Assembly: GCF_001194135.2 (NCBI RefSeq)
Contig: NC_068991.1
Location: forward strand, 66,488,291 to 66,532,144
Direction of reading: 5' to 3'
DNA from: Octopus bimaculoides
Taxonomy: Eukaryota
DNA: 43,854 bases
The notes beneath the pieces are model-generated. The model saw only the letters and a list, made by a program, of their open reading frames with translations. It was not told the origin of the DNA and did not search any database. How positions within the stretch are numbered: position 1 is the stretch's first letter; each line of letters starts with the position of its first letter. This document shows positions 23,250 to 35,371 of this stretch, piece after piece. The position numbers were made by a program, and so were the translations under genes.

Positions 23250-25660
23250 TAGAAAGTTGCTTGAAACTCTCAGATGTCGAAAAATAATAGTTGTGATGAC
23301 GGTGGTAACAGACGTTACCTTACCTCAGTTTATGAGAGACAGGAGTTGCCGAAGAAACTTTAGTTGTAACATCGAAATTGAAGCAGGACCTTTAAGGGAA
23401 GGAATCGCGCACGGCAGTGGATCAATAAAGGTGAAGACTGACCACAGTTGTCATCCTAATACAGCATCAACAGATAATAGAGCAAAGAGGAGGAAGTGGT
23501 CCAGTGAAGAAAACAGGATAGTGATACAGTGCTACTTAGAAAGTGAACCTAAAAGAAGAGGTTATAGAAAACGGATGTTAACACTTTAGGTAGAGAAGGA
23601 TATGTTTAAAGTGACTGAGCAGAGATTTGTCGATCAAAGTAACGCTATTAGAAGAAGAAAGTGGATGACAGAGGATATCACAAGTGAACTGGAAAAGAAA
23701 GACCATTCAGTGGGAAAGACAAACAACATAATAAGAGATACAGCTCAATCCAAAGAAGAATCTAAAGGAAAAAAATAATAATAGCGCTACTAGTAAGGAA
23801 GAGACAACTGGCACCAACGACTCAAGTGATTTAAGTGAGGAAGATCAGAAAATTTTAGGTGAGTTGTAGGAAGTAATGAGTAAAGAAGTAAGAAAAAGAT
23901 TGCCAGCATTAAAAGGCACCAACAGGGGGAAGCTGCAAGAAATGACTAGGAAAATAGATTCAGTTATCAGTAGGTTAGATACCAAAAATATAGGAGACAC
24001 TAACTTACTGATCTACGCAGGAGGGGTGGTTGTCACCAGAAGATTAGATATCTCACAGGGAAAGATTAAAAAAGAGCAAATGTGGAAAAGGGGACTACAA
24101 AATAAAATGAAAACTTTAAGACAAGATCTGAGTAGAATGGAAACCTGGAAAAGAAACAAATTATGAAACACAAGATGCAAATCTTTCCTCGAGGAAAGAT
24201 AATTAGTCAAAGAGAAAGGATGTGGGATAATAATAGAAGAGTTGAAACAGCGTAACATAGCAGTAGCAGGCAAGCTTTGCAGATGTCAGAAAAGAATAGA
24301 CCAGTATCAACAGAATAGATTATTTGAGACAGACCAGAGGAGACTTTATGGCCAAATAAATAGTGGAGAACGAAGTACTGAAGATCAGAAACTTAATGCA
24401 GAGGAAGCTAGAAAGTTCTGGTGTAATATTTGGGATAAATCAGTCAATCATAATGAAGATGCAGTATGGTTAAAGAAAGTGAGGGGGGAAAAGTAGTGAG
24501 TGAGAAGCTGCCAGATCTAAGATTAACTCGTGCATATATGAGTAAAGTGTTAGGAAAATCACGAATTGGAAGGGCCCAGGACCAGATTTAGTTCAAGGGT
24601 ACTGGCTAAAGAAACTTAGTAGTTTTCATGAGTGGCTGAGGGAACAACGTCGGGATTGCCTTAACGGAGGAATAATACCAGATTGGATGTAAAGGGAGGA
24701 CAATACTCATTATGAAGGATAAGAGCAAGGGCAATACAGCAAGCATAGGTAGACCAATCTCTTGCATACCATTAGTGTGGAAGCTGTTAACAGCAATGCT
24801 TTCAGAAAGCATTTACAAGCACCTTGACAACAAGGATTTACAGCCAGAAGAACAGAAAGGTTGCAGGAAGAAGGCTAGAGGAACGAATGATCTAATATGT
24901 ATAGACAAAACAGATCTAAATGAAGTAAAAGATAGAAAGGAAAAATCTAACAATAGCATGGATATATTATAAGAAAGCCTATCACATGGTCCCACACTTA
25001 TGGATAAGTGAATGTTTGAGTATGCTCAGTATAGCAGACAACATAAGAGAATTAGTTAGCTTTAGCATGAAGAAAAGGAAAGTAGCTCTCTACTCATGTG
25101 ACACACTCCCAGGGAAAGTTAATATCAAAAAAGGAATTTTCCAGGGTGACTCGTTGTCCCCTTTAATATTTGTCTTATGTTTGATCCCCCTTAGTTTAGT
25201 ATTAAGGATGGCAAAGGCAGGGTATCAGTTCAGAAATGGCAATGGAAAAATTAACCATTTGCTCTACATGGATGATCTGAAGCATTTTGGTTAGAATGAA
25301 AAAGTGACAGATTCTTTCATACAGACTGTAAGACACTTCAGCAAAGATATAGGCATGCAATTTGGCATAGATAACTGTGCAGTCTTAGTCACGAGAAGGG
25401 GATAAGTGGTCAACAGCATCCAATTCCCAAAGGCATCCATTTACCAAATAGCCAGATATTATAATCATTGACAGGAGAGAGTATCTAAGGGTATTAGTAT
25501 CTGACAGAGTTCTAACTACAGAAATGAAAACGAAAATTGAGAAGGAGTAACATCAGAAAAGTGAGGAAGCTAATGAAATCAAAGTTAAATGGGTCGACTC
25601 TAGTGAAGGCTGTAAATATGTGGGCAGTATCATTACTTAGATACTCAACAATTATCTTCA
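23250..25660 (+). mobile_element. Decayed R4/Dong-like LINE (N-terminus to RT), antisense within CYP-A intron 3, 3'-truncated
   Basis: RRKWSSEEN..CYLESEPKRRGYRKRM (Myb-like N-terminus), KAPGPD-like, RPISCIPLVWKLLT, EEQKGCRK, GIFQGDSLSPLIFVLCL, INHLLYMDDLK; multiple stops. Confidence 0.9.
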
Positions 25661-25759
25661 GAATATTCTGGAAACCTGGATTTGAAATTTTTTTTAATAT
25701 ACCCTGGATTGTAAAGTTGATTTATTATTCATATTTTTAAGTGAAGTTTTTATACTTAC

Positions 25760-25886
25760 GGGAGAATTCCACCGAAAAAATCTGAAGAGCGGAAAGAAAT
25801 TTTCTGGTGCAAATATACTAATATGTTTGAACAGAAGTTGAAAATGTTCAATGATCTCCTCATACTCAGGTTCACCGAATTTGATC
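25760..25886 (-). CDS. CYP-A exon 3 (IKFGEPEYEEIIEHFQLLFKHISIFAPENFFPLFRFFRWNSP)
   Basis: Open frame, tttttgaag| acceptor, |gtaagt donor, phase 2 to 0; resembles E/F-helix region. Confidence 0.88.
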
Positions 25887-25975
25887 CTTCAAAAAGAAAA
25901 CACCAAAACAGTATACAGTCATAGCATGGCCGCAGTCAAATGACTTAAACAAGTAAAAGAATAAAAGAGTAAAGA
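25867..25975 (+). mobile_element. SINE family 3 3' terminus overlapping the CYP-A exon 3 acceptor region
   Basis: CATGGCCGCAGTCAAATGACT.AAACAAGTAAAAGAATAAAAGA. Confidence 0.55.
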
Positions 25976-26017
<42 letters not shown>

Positions 26018-26354
26018 NNNNNNNNNNNNNNNNNNNNNNNNNNNNNNNNNNNNNNNNNNNNNNNNNNNNNNNNNNNNNNNNNNNNNNNNNNNNNNNNNNN
26101 NNNNNNNNNNNNNNNNNNNNNNNNNNNNNNNNNNNNNNNNNNNNNNNNNNNNNNNNNNNNNNNNNNNNNNNNNNNNNNNNNNNNNNNNNNNNNNNNNNNN
26201 NNNNNNNNNNNNNNNNNNNNNNNNNNNNNNNNNNNNNNNNNNNNNNNNNNNNNNNNNNNNNNNNNNNNNNNNNNNNNNNNNNNNNNNNNNNNNNNNNNNN
26301 NNNNNNNNNNNNNNNNNNNNNNNNNNNNNNNNNNNNNNNNNNNNNNNNNNNNNN

Positions 26355-26740
26355 CGGTAATGAGTGCCTGTGAGGATGGTGGTATTGGAGAGGTAGAGGC
26401 AGGTGCGACAGCATGGGCAGGTGCATGGGAAGGAACCAGCCTGGGAAGTAGGGTAGGGAAGAAACTTTGAACCAGGAGGTCATGCAGGTTATGGGCTCGT
26501 TTGAAGGAGGGAGAGAAGATATTTGAAGTGGAGGGGTCGGACAGGAGTCGCCGGAAGGCTCGGAGAATGGTGCGTGAAAGGGGTAGGGAGGAAGGGTGAT
26601 AGGTGAGGGGAAACGGGAGACGGGTAAGGGTGGGGCGGATGCGAGGAGAAAGCGCAGAGGCACGGTTCACAGTTCGTGCTCGGGCAAGGGCAGTTTAGAT
26701 AATGGTGGGAAATAAACTCAAAGAACAAGAATTCTCCATG
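26355..26740 (-). mobile_element. Penelope-like element fragment (RT to GIY-YIG linker), decayed
   Basis: RLPFPLTYHPSSLPLSRTILRAFRRLLSDPSTSNIFSPSFKRAHNLHDLLVQS resembles the PLE linker motif P.V.TYHP...SFKR.RNL.D.LV.S. Confidence 0.8.
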
Positions 26741-26811
26741 TATACACCCAAACATACACATTCACACACCCATGTATACACACATGCACACATTCTTTTA
26801 TTCTTTTATTC

Positions 26812-27200
26812 TTTTACTCTTTTACTTGTCTCAGACATTTGATTGCGGCCATGCAGGAGCACCACTTTGAATGGTGTTTTAGTCGAACAAATCAAACACA
26901 GGACTTATTTCTTAAGCCTAGTACTTATTCCATTGAAGTCTTTTGCCGAACCGCTAAGTGACGCGGACGTAAACACACCAGCATCGGTTGTCGAGTGATG
27001 ATGGACACATACACACACACACACACATACATACTCAAACACATACATACATACGACGGGCTTCTTTCAGTTTCCGTCTACCAAATCCACTCACAAGGCT
27101 TTGTTGGTCCGAGGTTATAGCAGAAGACTATAACCGAAGTGTCACGCAGTGGGACTAAACCTGGAACAATGTGGTTGGGAAGCAAGCTTCTTACCACACA
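26812..27200 (-). mobile_element. SINE family 3, near-full copy in CYP-A intron 2
   Basis: Head, AAGCCTTGTGAGTGGATTTGGTAGACGGAAACTGAAAGAAGCCCGTCG core, internal CA tract and 3' part. Confidence 0.85.
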
Positions 27201-27258
27201 ACTAGCACAAACACAAACATACACACCTATATATTTCTGGATCTGCACTACTACTCAC

Positions 27259-27484
27259 CTTTTACCAAATATAATATTGTATATGACGCTCATAGTGTAG
27301 AATGACATCGGTTTATGCAAGGAGAACGGTTTACCATTGTGAGATTGAAATATTTCGCTTAATTTCTGAGTTTCTAAGTATATCTTTTCTTCCATACCTC
27401 TTTTGCCTACTCCTAGATCCCGAAGTGCTGACATGGCAAACTTTCTCTGGTCTTTCCATTCTTTTCCAGAACTAAAAATGATAC
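27259..27484 (-). CDS. CYP-A exon 2 (GIIFSSGKEWKDQRKFAMSALRDLGVGKRGMEEKI...YNIIFGKR)
   Basis: C-helix WxxxR (WKDQR) and CYP2-type LRDLGVGK; acceptor tttcag|, donor |gtgagt; phase 1 to 2. Confidence 0.93.
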
Positions 27485-27641
27485 CTGAAACAATGAAGGT
27501 TAAAATAAACCTTTCAACATATATTTCGTTATGAAATATTTAAAACAGAAAAATATTAGAAAATATTATAAACAATATTGAAACATTAAATATATAGAGA
27601 TTGTTTTGTTTTCTTTGTTACGCATAGAAGTCCTCAATTGT

Positions 27642-28028
27642 TGCTGTTGGCACTCCGTCGCTTACGACATCGAGGGTTCCAGTTGATCCAATCAACAGAA
27701 CAGCCTGCTCGTGAAATTAACATGCTAGTGGCTGAGCACTCCACAGACACGTGTACCCTTAACGTAGTTCTCGGGGATATTCAGCGTGAAACAGTGTGAC
27801 AAGGCTGACCCTTTGAATTACAGGCACAACAGAAACAGGAAATAAGAGTGAGAGAAAGTTGTGGTGAAAGAGTACAGCAGGGTTCGCCACCATCCCTTGC
27901 CGGAGCCTCGTGGAGCTTTTAGGTGTTTTCGTTCAATAAACACTCACAACGCCCGGTCTGGGAATCGAAACCGCGATCCTATGACCGCGAGTCCACTGCC
28001 CTAACCACTGGGCCATTGCGCCACCACT
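27642..28028 (-). mobile_element. SINE family 1, full-length copy in CYP-A intron 1
   Basis: A/B boxes (TGGCCCAGTGG / GGTTTCGATTCC); 11-bp TSD TCCTCAATTGT at 27631-27641 and 28029-28039. Confidence 0.92.
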
Positions 28029-28349
28029 TCCTCAATTGTACAGAAAAAGAAATGATTATGTGAGCCATTGACGGGCTTTCACGATGCGGAATCATGACTT
28101 TCGAAGTGTTTAGCTGTTGCTAATAAATAAACGCCAAATTCTTTGATTAGGAATATATACCAACGTCTTTACATAGAGCTGCATACTAACATCAGGTTAT
28201 ATAGGACAGCTATATATACAACTATATTGAAATATCAATACATATATGATGCTACTCTGCAAAAATCAAATGAAACACACTGATTAATTAAACAGGCCAA
28301 ATTAAAAAGTGAATTGTATAGGTATATTAGAAAGGAAATATTGGTAAGA

Positions 28350-28735
28350 ATCTTGTTTCCCAACCACATGGTTCCGGGTTCAGTTCCACTGCGTGGCACC
28401 TTGGGCAAGTGTCTTTCTTATACTATAGCCTTGGACCGACCAAAGCCTTGTGAGTGGATTGGTAGACGGAAACTGAAAGAAGCCTGTCGTATATGTATAT
28501 ATGTTTGTATATGCTTGTGTACGCGTGTGTCTGTGTTTGTCCCCCCACCATCGCTTGAAAACCGAAGTTGGTGTGTTTACGTCTCTGTAACTTAGCTGTT
28601 GGGCAAAAGATATCGATAAAACAAGTACTAGACATACAAAAACTAAGTCCTGCGATCGATGTCTTCGACTAAAAAGCCCTTTAAGGTGGTGCTCCAGTAT
28701 GGTCGCAGTCAAATGACTGAAACAAGTAAAAAAAT
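28350..28735 (+). mobile_element. SINE family 3 copy
   Basis: CCCAACCACATGGTTCCGGGTTCAGTTCCACTGCGTGGCACCTTGGGCAAGTG head, core and tail. Confidence 0.85.
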
Positions 28736-28769
28736 AAAAGAACATATGTATATATATATATATACACAC

Positions 28770-28800
<31 letters not shown>

Positions 28801-28904
28801 TCTATCTATCTATCTATCTATCTATGGATATTGCCATTATATGTGTATCATAGTAAATGTATATACATCGTTGAAAGACATGATTATGCGCCTTTTCCCT
28901 TTAT

Positions 28905-29287
28905 TTGTTTCAACTATGAAACTGGGGCCATGCTGGTGCACCACCTTGAAGAATTTTAGTTGAACGACTCGCCCGCCCAGTACTTATTTTCTGAGCCTNN
29001 NNNNNNNNNNNNNNNNNNNNNNNNNNNNNNNNNNNNNNNNNNNNNNNNNNNNNNNNNNNNNNNNNNNNNNNNNNNNNNNNNNNNNNNNNNNNNNNNNNNN
29101 NNNNNNNNNNNNNNNNNNNNNNNNNNNNNNNNNNNNNNNNNNNNNNNNNNNNNNNNNNNNNNNNNNNNNNNNNNNNNNNNNNNNNNNNNNNNNNNNNNNN
29201 NNNNNNNNNNNNNNNNNNNNNNNNNNNNNNNNNNNNNNNNNNNNNNNNNNNNNNNNNNNNNNNNNNNNNNNNNNNNNNNNNNNNNNN

Positions 29288-29319
<32 letters not shown>

Positions 29320-29525
29320 CTATCTATCTATCAATCTATCTATATATATATATATGTAGTTGTATACGCGTATATATGCGACGGGCTTCTTTCAGTTTCC
29401 GTCAACCAAATCCACTCACAAGTTTTTGATTGGCCCGTGGCTATATTTAGAAGACAGATGCCTAAGGTGTCACGCAGTGGGACTGAACGTGTTACCATGT
29501 AATTGGGAAGCAAGCTTCTTACCAC
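28905..29525 (-). mobile_element. SINE family 3 copy spanning the gap at 28999-29287
   Basis: Head at 29380-29525, 3' part at 28905-28998. Confidence 0.65.
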
Positions 29526-29871
29526 ACTGATATGCCTACGCTTATAAGAATACTAATAAAACAAACAGACAAAAAATAAACACAATAGTCTATAAATTCA
29601 AAATAAGAGGTCGTGAATAAAAACGAAAAGAAATAAACAAATAAAAGAAGTAAACTGATAAAGTATATAAGATAAAGTATCTTTGTGTCTTCAGAGTCGT
29701 ACACGTGTTGAAAGATAGTGTTTACATGAAAGTCATTTGCGTCACTGACCGTACAACTTACCTGTTTATTAACTTCACACTGCAGTCTGTTACCCAGAAT
29801 TGTTGTAAATTTACGTCACCGATTAATTTAGTAACGGGCTGCTAGTAAAAATATTAACTATGTTTACCCAC

Positions 29872-29985
29872 TTTGCCTTTCATCCTTTTGGGGTCGATAA
29901 AATAACTACAAATTGAACACTGGGGTCGATGTAATCGTCATACCCTCCTGCAAGAAAGTGCTGGCCTTGTGCCAAATTTTGAAAC

Positions 29986-30045
<60 letters not shown>

Positions 30046-30237
30046 CGTTACCGCGTCGGGCAAAATGCTTAGCGGAATTTCGTTCGTCTTTACGTTCTGA
30101 GTTTAAATTCTGCCAAGGTCGAGTTTACCTTTCATTCTTTCGGGGCCGATAAAGTAAGTGCCAGTGGAACACTGAGGTCGATGTAATTGACTCGTCCCCT
30201 TCTCCAAAATTCAGGCCCTGTGCCTGTAGTAGAAAGG

Positions 30238-30240
<3 letters not shown>
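29872..30240 (+). mobile_element. Two adjacent SINE family 2 copies, each ending in (ATT)n
   Basis: Core motif at 29872-29990 and 30053-30240; (ATT)n at ~29987-30045 and 30238-30303. Confidence 0.8.
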
Positions 30241-30303
<63 letters not shown>

Positions 30304-30304
30304 G

Positions 30305-30446
30305 TTCAGTAGTTTTATTTTTATAACGTGCTTTCACTTCACTACCGAGTGCAGCTCTGTGCGCCTTGGGTATGTGCTGTGGTTTGCTGTGGTGCTCTTA
30401 TGTTTACTGTATTGAAAGTGTTTTGCGTAGAATGTGTGCAGTACCC
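30305..30446 (-). mobile_element. RLE-type LINE extreme 3' end (GTAHILRKTLSIQ*, 3' UTR) with (TAA)n tail
   Basis: Terminal GTAHILRK motif shared with 35433-35470; upstream part in gap. Confidence 0.75.
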
Positions 30447-31520
30447 NNNNNNNNNNNNNNNNNNNNNNNNNNNNNNNNNNNNNNNNNNNNNNNNNNNNNN
30501 NNNNNNNNNNNNNNNNNNNNNNNNNNNNNNNNNNNNNNNNNNNNNNNNNNNNNNNNNNNNNNNNNNNNNNNNNNNNNNNNNNNNNNNNNNNNNNNNNNNN
30601 NNNNNNNNNNNNNNNNNNNNNNNNNNNNNNNNNNNNNNNNNNNNNNNNNNNNNNNNNNNNNNNNNNNNNNNNNNNNNNNNNNNNNNNNNNNNNNNNNNNN
30701 NNNNNNNNNNNNNNNNNNNNNNNNNNNNNNNNNNNNNNNNNNNNNNNNNNNNNNNNNNNNNNNNNNNNNNNNNNNNNNNNNNNNNNNNNNNNNNNNNNNN
30801 NNNNNNNNNNNNNNNNNNNNNNNNNNNNNNNNNNNNNNNNNNNNNNNNNNNNNNNNNNNNNNNNNNNNNNNNNNNNNNNNNNNNNNNNNNNNNNNNNNNN
30901 NNNNNNNNNNNNNNNNNNNNNNNNNNNNNNNNNNNNNNNNNNNNNNNNNNNNNNNNNNNNNNNNNNNNNNNNNNNNNNNNNNNNNNNNNNNNNNNNNNNN
31001 NNNNNNNNNNNNNNNNNNNNNNNNNNNNNNNNNNNNNNNNNNNNNNNNNNNNNNNNNNNNNNNNNNNNNNNNNNNNNNNNNNNNNNNNNNNNNNNNNNNN
31101 NNNNNNNNNNNNNNNNNNNNNNNNNNNNNNNNNNNNNNNNNNNNNNNNNNNNNNNNNNNNNNNNNNNNNNNNNNNNNNNNNNNNNNNNNNNNNNNNNNNN
31201 NNNNNNNNNNNNNNNNNNNNNNNNNNNNNNNNNNNNNNNNNNNNNNNNNNNNNNNNNNNNNNNNNNNNNNNNNNNNNNNNNNNNNNNNNNNNNNNNNNNN
31301 NNNNNNNNNNNNNNNNNNNNNNNNNNNNNNNNNNNNNNNNNNNNNNNNNNNNNNNNNNNNNNNNNNTTCTTCTTCTTCTTCTTCTTCTTCTTCTTCTTCT
31401 TCTTCTTCTTCTTCTTCTTCGTATTTGTTAGGTAGATTGATTTCTTGTTTGTATTTGTCAGCTTCCTTAAATACTGAAAACAGTTTTTTGTTTTGCTCGT
31501 GTTTTGTGGCTATTTGTATT

Positions 31521-31556
<36 letters not shown>

Positions 31557-31559
31557 TGT

Positions 31560-31860
31560 TTGACTTTTGCTTTTAATTTGTACAAGTTGACTTCAAGTCT
31601 CAACCAGAGACCTCAAGAGACAACAAGTTAGAAATTCATGTTGGTGTTGAGGTTCCACATTTTGACAGTTTCTATTTTAAGATCTTTATACTTGTTCAGT
31701 TTCTGGTAGGTCTTGACAGATACGTTAATGTCGATTGGGACAGTCATATTAATGAGGAGGCATGATTTTTTTCTGAAGTCTTTCAATATGTCTGGCCTAT
31801 TCGCATCTATCTTTCTGTCAGTTTGAACGGTGAAGCTCCAGAGGAGTGAGATGTGATCCT
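31560..31860 (-). mobile_element. RLE endonuclease fragment with (TAA)n tail
   Basis: LLWSFTVQTDRKIDANRPDI..CLLINMTVPIDINVSVKTYQKLNKYKDLKIE. Confidence 0.8.
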
Positions 31861-32275
31861 TTAGTAATGGAAAAATTAACCATTTGCTCTACATGGATGA
31901 ACTGAAGCATTTTAGTTAGAATGAAAAATAGATAGGTATTTTCGTTCTTTTAGTCATCCAATCTGATATTATTCCTCCATTAAGGCAATCCTGAAATTGT
32001 TCCCTCAGCCTCCCATGAAAACTACTAAATTTCTATAGCCAGTACCAAATCCTTTCTCTTTGACTAAGTATCTTTTCTCGAGGGAAGATTTGCATCTTGT
32101 GTTTCCTAACTTGTTTAGTTTTTAGGCTCCTCTTCTACCCAAATCTTGTTCAAAGTCTTCACTTTATTTTGTAGTCTCCTTTTCCACATTTGTACTTTTT
32201 AAATCTTGCTCCGTGAGATCTCTGATCTTCTGAGGACTACTACCCCTCCTGCATAGACCAGTAAATTAATGTCCT
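31861..32275. mobile_element. Rearranged mosaic of the LINE family at 23250-25660
   Basis: 32046-32275 and 31945-32045 are reverse complements of ~24000-24225 and ~24597-24695; 31866-31929 is a forward match to ~25245-25305. Confidence 0.8.
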
Positions 32276-35270
32276 TCTCAAGATTTTTACTCACTGTTCC
32301 CAGGGCTCCGACAATTATTGGTACTACTACGACTTTTTTCAGTGACCACAACTGCTTAACCTCCCAAGCTAACCTGTCATATCTGTCGACTTTTCTTTTT
32401 TCCTGGCCGCATACCTTGTCAGCTGACAACAAGGTATGCGGCCAGGAAAAAAGAAAAGTCGCTTGCTCTTGGGCAACAGAGATTAGAGCCTCTATTTCCG
32501 ATTTTAAATCACTTTTAGCCATCCATAACCATCTTTTTACTCTGTCTGTCTTATCTTCAACATTCCAATGAAATTTTCCGTGCATTCTTTTCTTTATCCA
32601 TCTATTTTTAGTTTCGTTTATTCTCAAGTACCTGTACAATGCTTTATATCTGCAATCTTTCATCCTACACAAGCCTGACCTTCTTACTTTTAATAATGGC
32701 GGTTCTGTGACATTTTGTACATACCATGCTATGTTGTTTTCTTCTGTTCTAATGTTGTGTTCGCATCCAATCTGTCCTCTGTCCCCTCTTTTTCTTGGTA
32801 CATATAGTGTGTCTGTCATTTTTTGGGTGGAGTATCCCATATCTAGTCAGCAACTTCCTTGTCTTTCTGTCTAAGCTATTTAGTTCGTCTATTGTCCATG
32901 CGATTGCCCCTTCTCCATATTTAAGGTGTGAAACCGCTCAGGTGTTGATAGCTTCAATCTTATTCTGTCCGTTTAATTTCGACTTAAGAATCAGTCTCAG
33001 TCTGCGCAAGTATTCCACCTTAAATTTTTCTGTCATTTCTTTCTCCATCAATTTATCCACTTCCAATATCCCCAAGTACTTATAACCCGTCTCTTATATT
33101 TGCTTCATAACCTCCCCCAACGGTATTTCTATCACGTTCATACATTTAATTTTGCCTCTCTTCAAGACTAACACAGCACACTTTCTCAGTCCGAACTCTT
33201 TTGTGATATCAGCACTGAAAGTATACATCGTATCAACGAGGGAACTGACTTGGGATTCATCTTTACCAAAAAGTTTGAGGCCATCCATGAATAACAAGTG
33301 GTTGACGTTTTGTTGGCGGCTCTTGAATACATACCCAACCTTTGCTTTCCTCCGAATCAGTGTTAGTGGTATCATGCATAGTACAAAGATCAGTGGGGAC
33401 AGGCAGTCCCCTTGGAAGATGCCTCTCCTGATTTCTATTGTCCCTAAACTTCTTCATTATGCTGTCAGTTCCGTCCTCCACTTCACCATACTTTTTGCAA
33501 GCAATCGCTCAACATTTGATGCAATACCAAATAGGTTCATACATTCCATAATCCAAGAATGTGGGATCATCTCGTACGCTTTACGATAATCGATCCATGA
33601 CATGGTTAAGTTAGTTTTCTTCCTCTTGCAGTCTCCAAGTACAGTTTTGTCTACCAGGATTTGATCCTTGATGCCTCTGCACTTACGTTTGCACTCCTTC
33701 TTCTCATGTGGCAGGACTCCATTTTTCCCAGACGTCCGTACATTGACTCTGTAACTATTCCAGTCATTAATTTCCACGTAAGTGGAAAGCAGGATATCGG
33801 CATGTAATTGTCTATCGAATTGCCTTTTTCGATATTTTACAAGTACGGCACTGTCCTACCCATTGTCAACCGCTCTGGTGTTACTTGGTTGGCATTTAAG
33901 AAGGTGTCGAGTTGTGAAGCTATTCGCATATGACATTCACCAAACCTTTTGATCCAGTAGCCTTGAGCTCCAATTGGTCCCAGGGCCTTCCTGTTACCCA
34001 TTGTTTGCTGATTTCTTTCACCTCTCTAACTGAAATTACTAGTTCTGCCTGTTGTGAACAAACCGATGTTTCACTTCTTGCAACCATTCAGCATCCTTCT
34101 TGTGCTCCTTGTCTTTACTCCAGATGTCACTCCAAAACCTTTGACTTTCAACGTTATCTGGTAACAACTTTTCGTCTGTATACTCTCCGCTTATTTCTTT
34201 GTAGAATCTCTTCTGATCTACTCTGAATAACCTATTCTGCTGGTATCCTTCATTCTTTGGTCGTATCTTACCATCTTTGCTTTCTTTGCAACGAGGCGTG
34301 GTTTCAGTTCCTCCATTATCACTTTCAGGCCCTTTCTTTCAGTACCTTACTTCCTGTTCAGTGCCTTGTAATTTTGTTCGCTTTTAAGCTCTCCCTTCTC
34401 TTTTCGGTCTAACACAGAGGTTTCCTTCGAGAGCATGTCTAACACCACCTGTATTCTTCTTTTCCACCATGGATCTTTTCATTTGTCACTCTCATTATAT
34501 TTCTTTTTCTTGACATCAATGTATTTCAGAATTTCATTCATATTTTTCGTTTCTTGGTTCAATTTCCACCCATCAACCTTTTTAAGGTTGCAAATAATGT
34601 TGCTATCGTTCTCCTGTAGCCTTACTTTTATTCTGTCGTAGATGTACTTTTGCCCATCTGTCATGCTACCATTAGTTTTATTGTCTTTTTCCAGACAAAC
34701 TTTATGTCTCTCATCGAGCAAGCTATCACTGTTCCTATCCAGTGGTTTATTAGAAATCTCACCTCTGTCTTCTGCTATGAGATTACTTTTATCAGTAAGA
34801 ACTGTATTTTCATCGTTTCCTCTGCTGCTATTTTCCAATAGCCATATTTTGATAGCTTCGAGCTCAACTTCTGTGAACCAACGATTTTTTCTTATTGCTC
34901 TGGCTTGATCACATAATTTCTGTTCTGTGAATTGTAACAATCCTCTTTCTCTCCATTTATCATACATACGTTGTCGCTATCCCCTAATATGAGCACCATT
35001 TTTGTCTACAGTGTTGCTCAGTAACGCCCCATGGCCACACCTTTGGCTTCTGTGTTCCATCTACGCCGTGTGTGTTCTAGTCCATTGCTGGAAAACGACA
35101 GGCTAGATCCGGACCAGTATCTCTGAGCCTGCCGGATGCAACATTGTCACCATCAAGGGTTTTAGTTTCATTCCCACCGCTATCCACAATATTTTGTCTT
35201 TTCATTGTCACTCATAGGAGATAGAGATTATCATGTTGCGCAATTACCAGTGTTTTTATTGTGACACCAT
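32275..35270 (-). mobile_element. Near full-length decayed R4/Dong-like LINE with internal deletion, same strand as CYP-A
   Basis: RQRMYDKWRERG..TEQKLCDQARAIRKNRW; WKGPGP-like; [20 protein letters not shown]; [15 protein letters not shown]; GIFQGDCLSPLIFVLCMIPL; NHLLFMDGLK; C-terminal VVPIIVGALGTV. Confidence 0.9.
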
Positions 35271-35371
35271 TCTTCTTCTTCTTCTTCTTCTTCTTCTTCT
35301 TCTTCTTCTTCTTCTTCTTCTTCTTCTTCTTCTTCTTCTTCTTCTTCTTCTTTTTCTTCTTCTTCTTCTTC
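35270..35371. repeat. (TTC)n microsatellite. The window holds many other arrays: (TA)n, (CA)n, (TACA)n, (TATC)n, (TAA)n, (GA)n
   Basis: Read directly; many arrays abut assembly gaps. Confidence 0.95.

Noticed and set aside
23250-35270. Active LINE or domesticated RT gene
   Set aside because: Every RT copy has multiple stops, frameshifts or deletions
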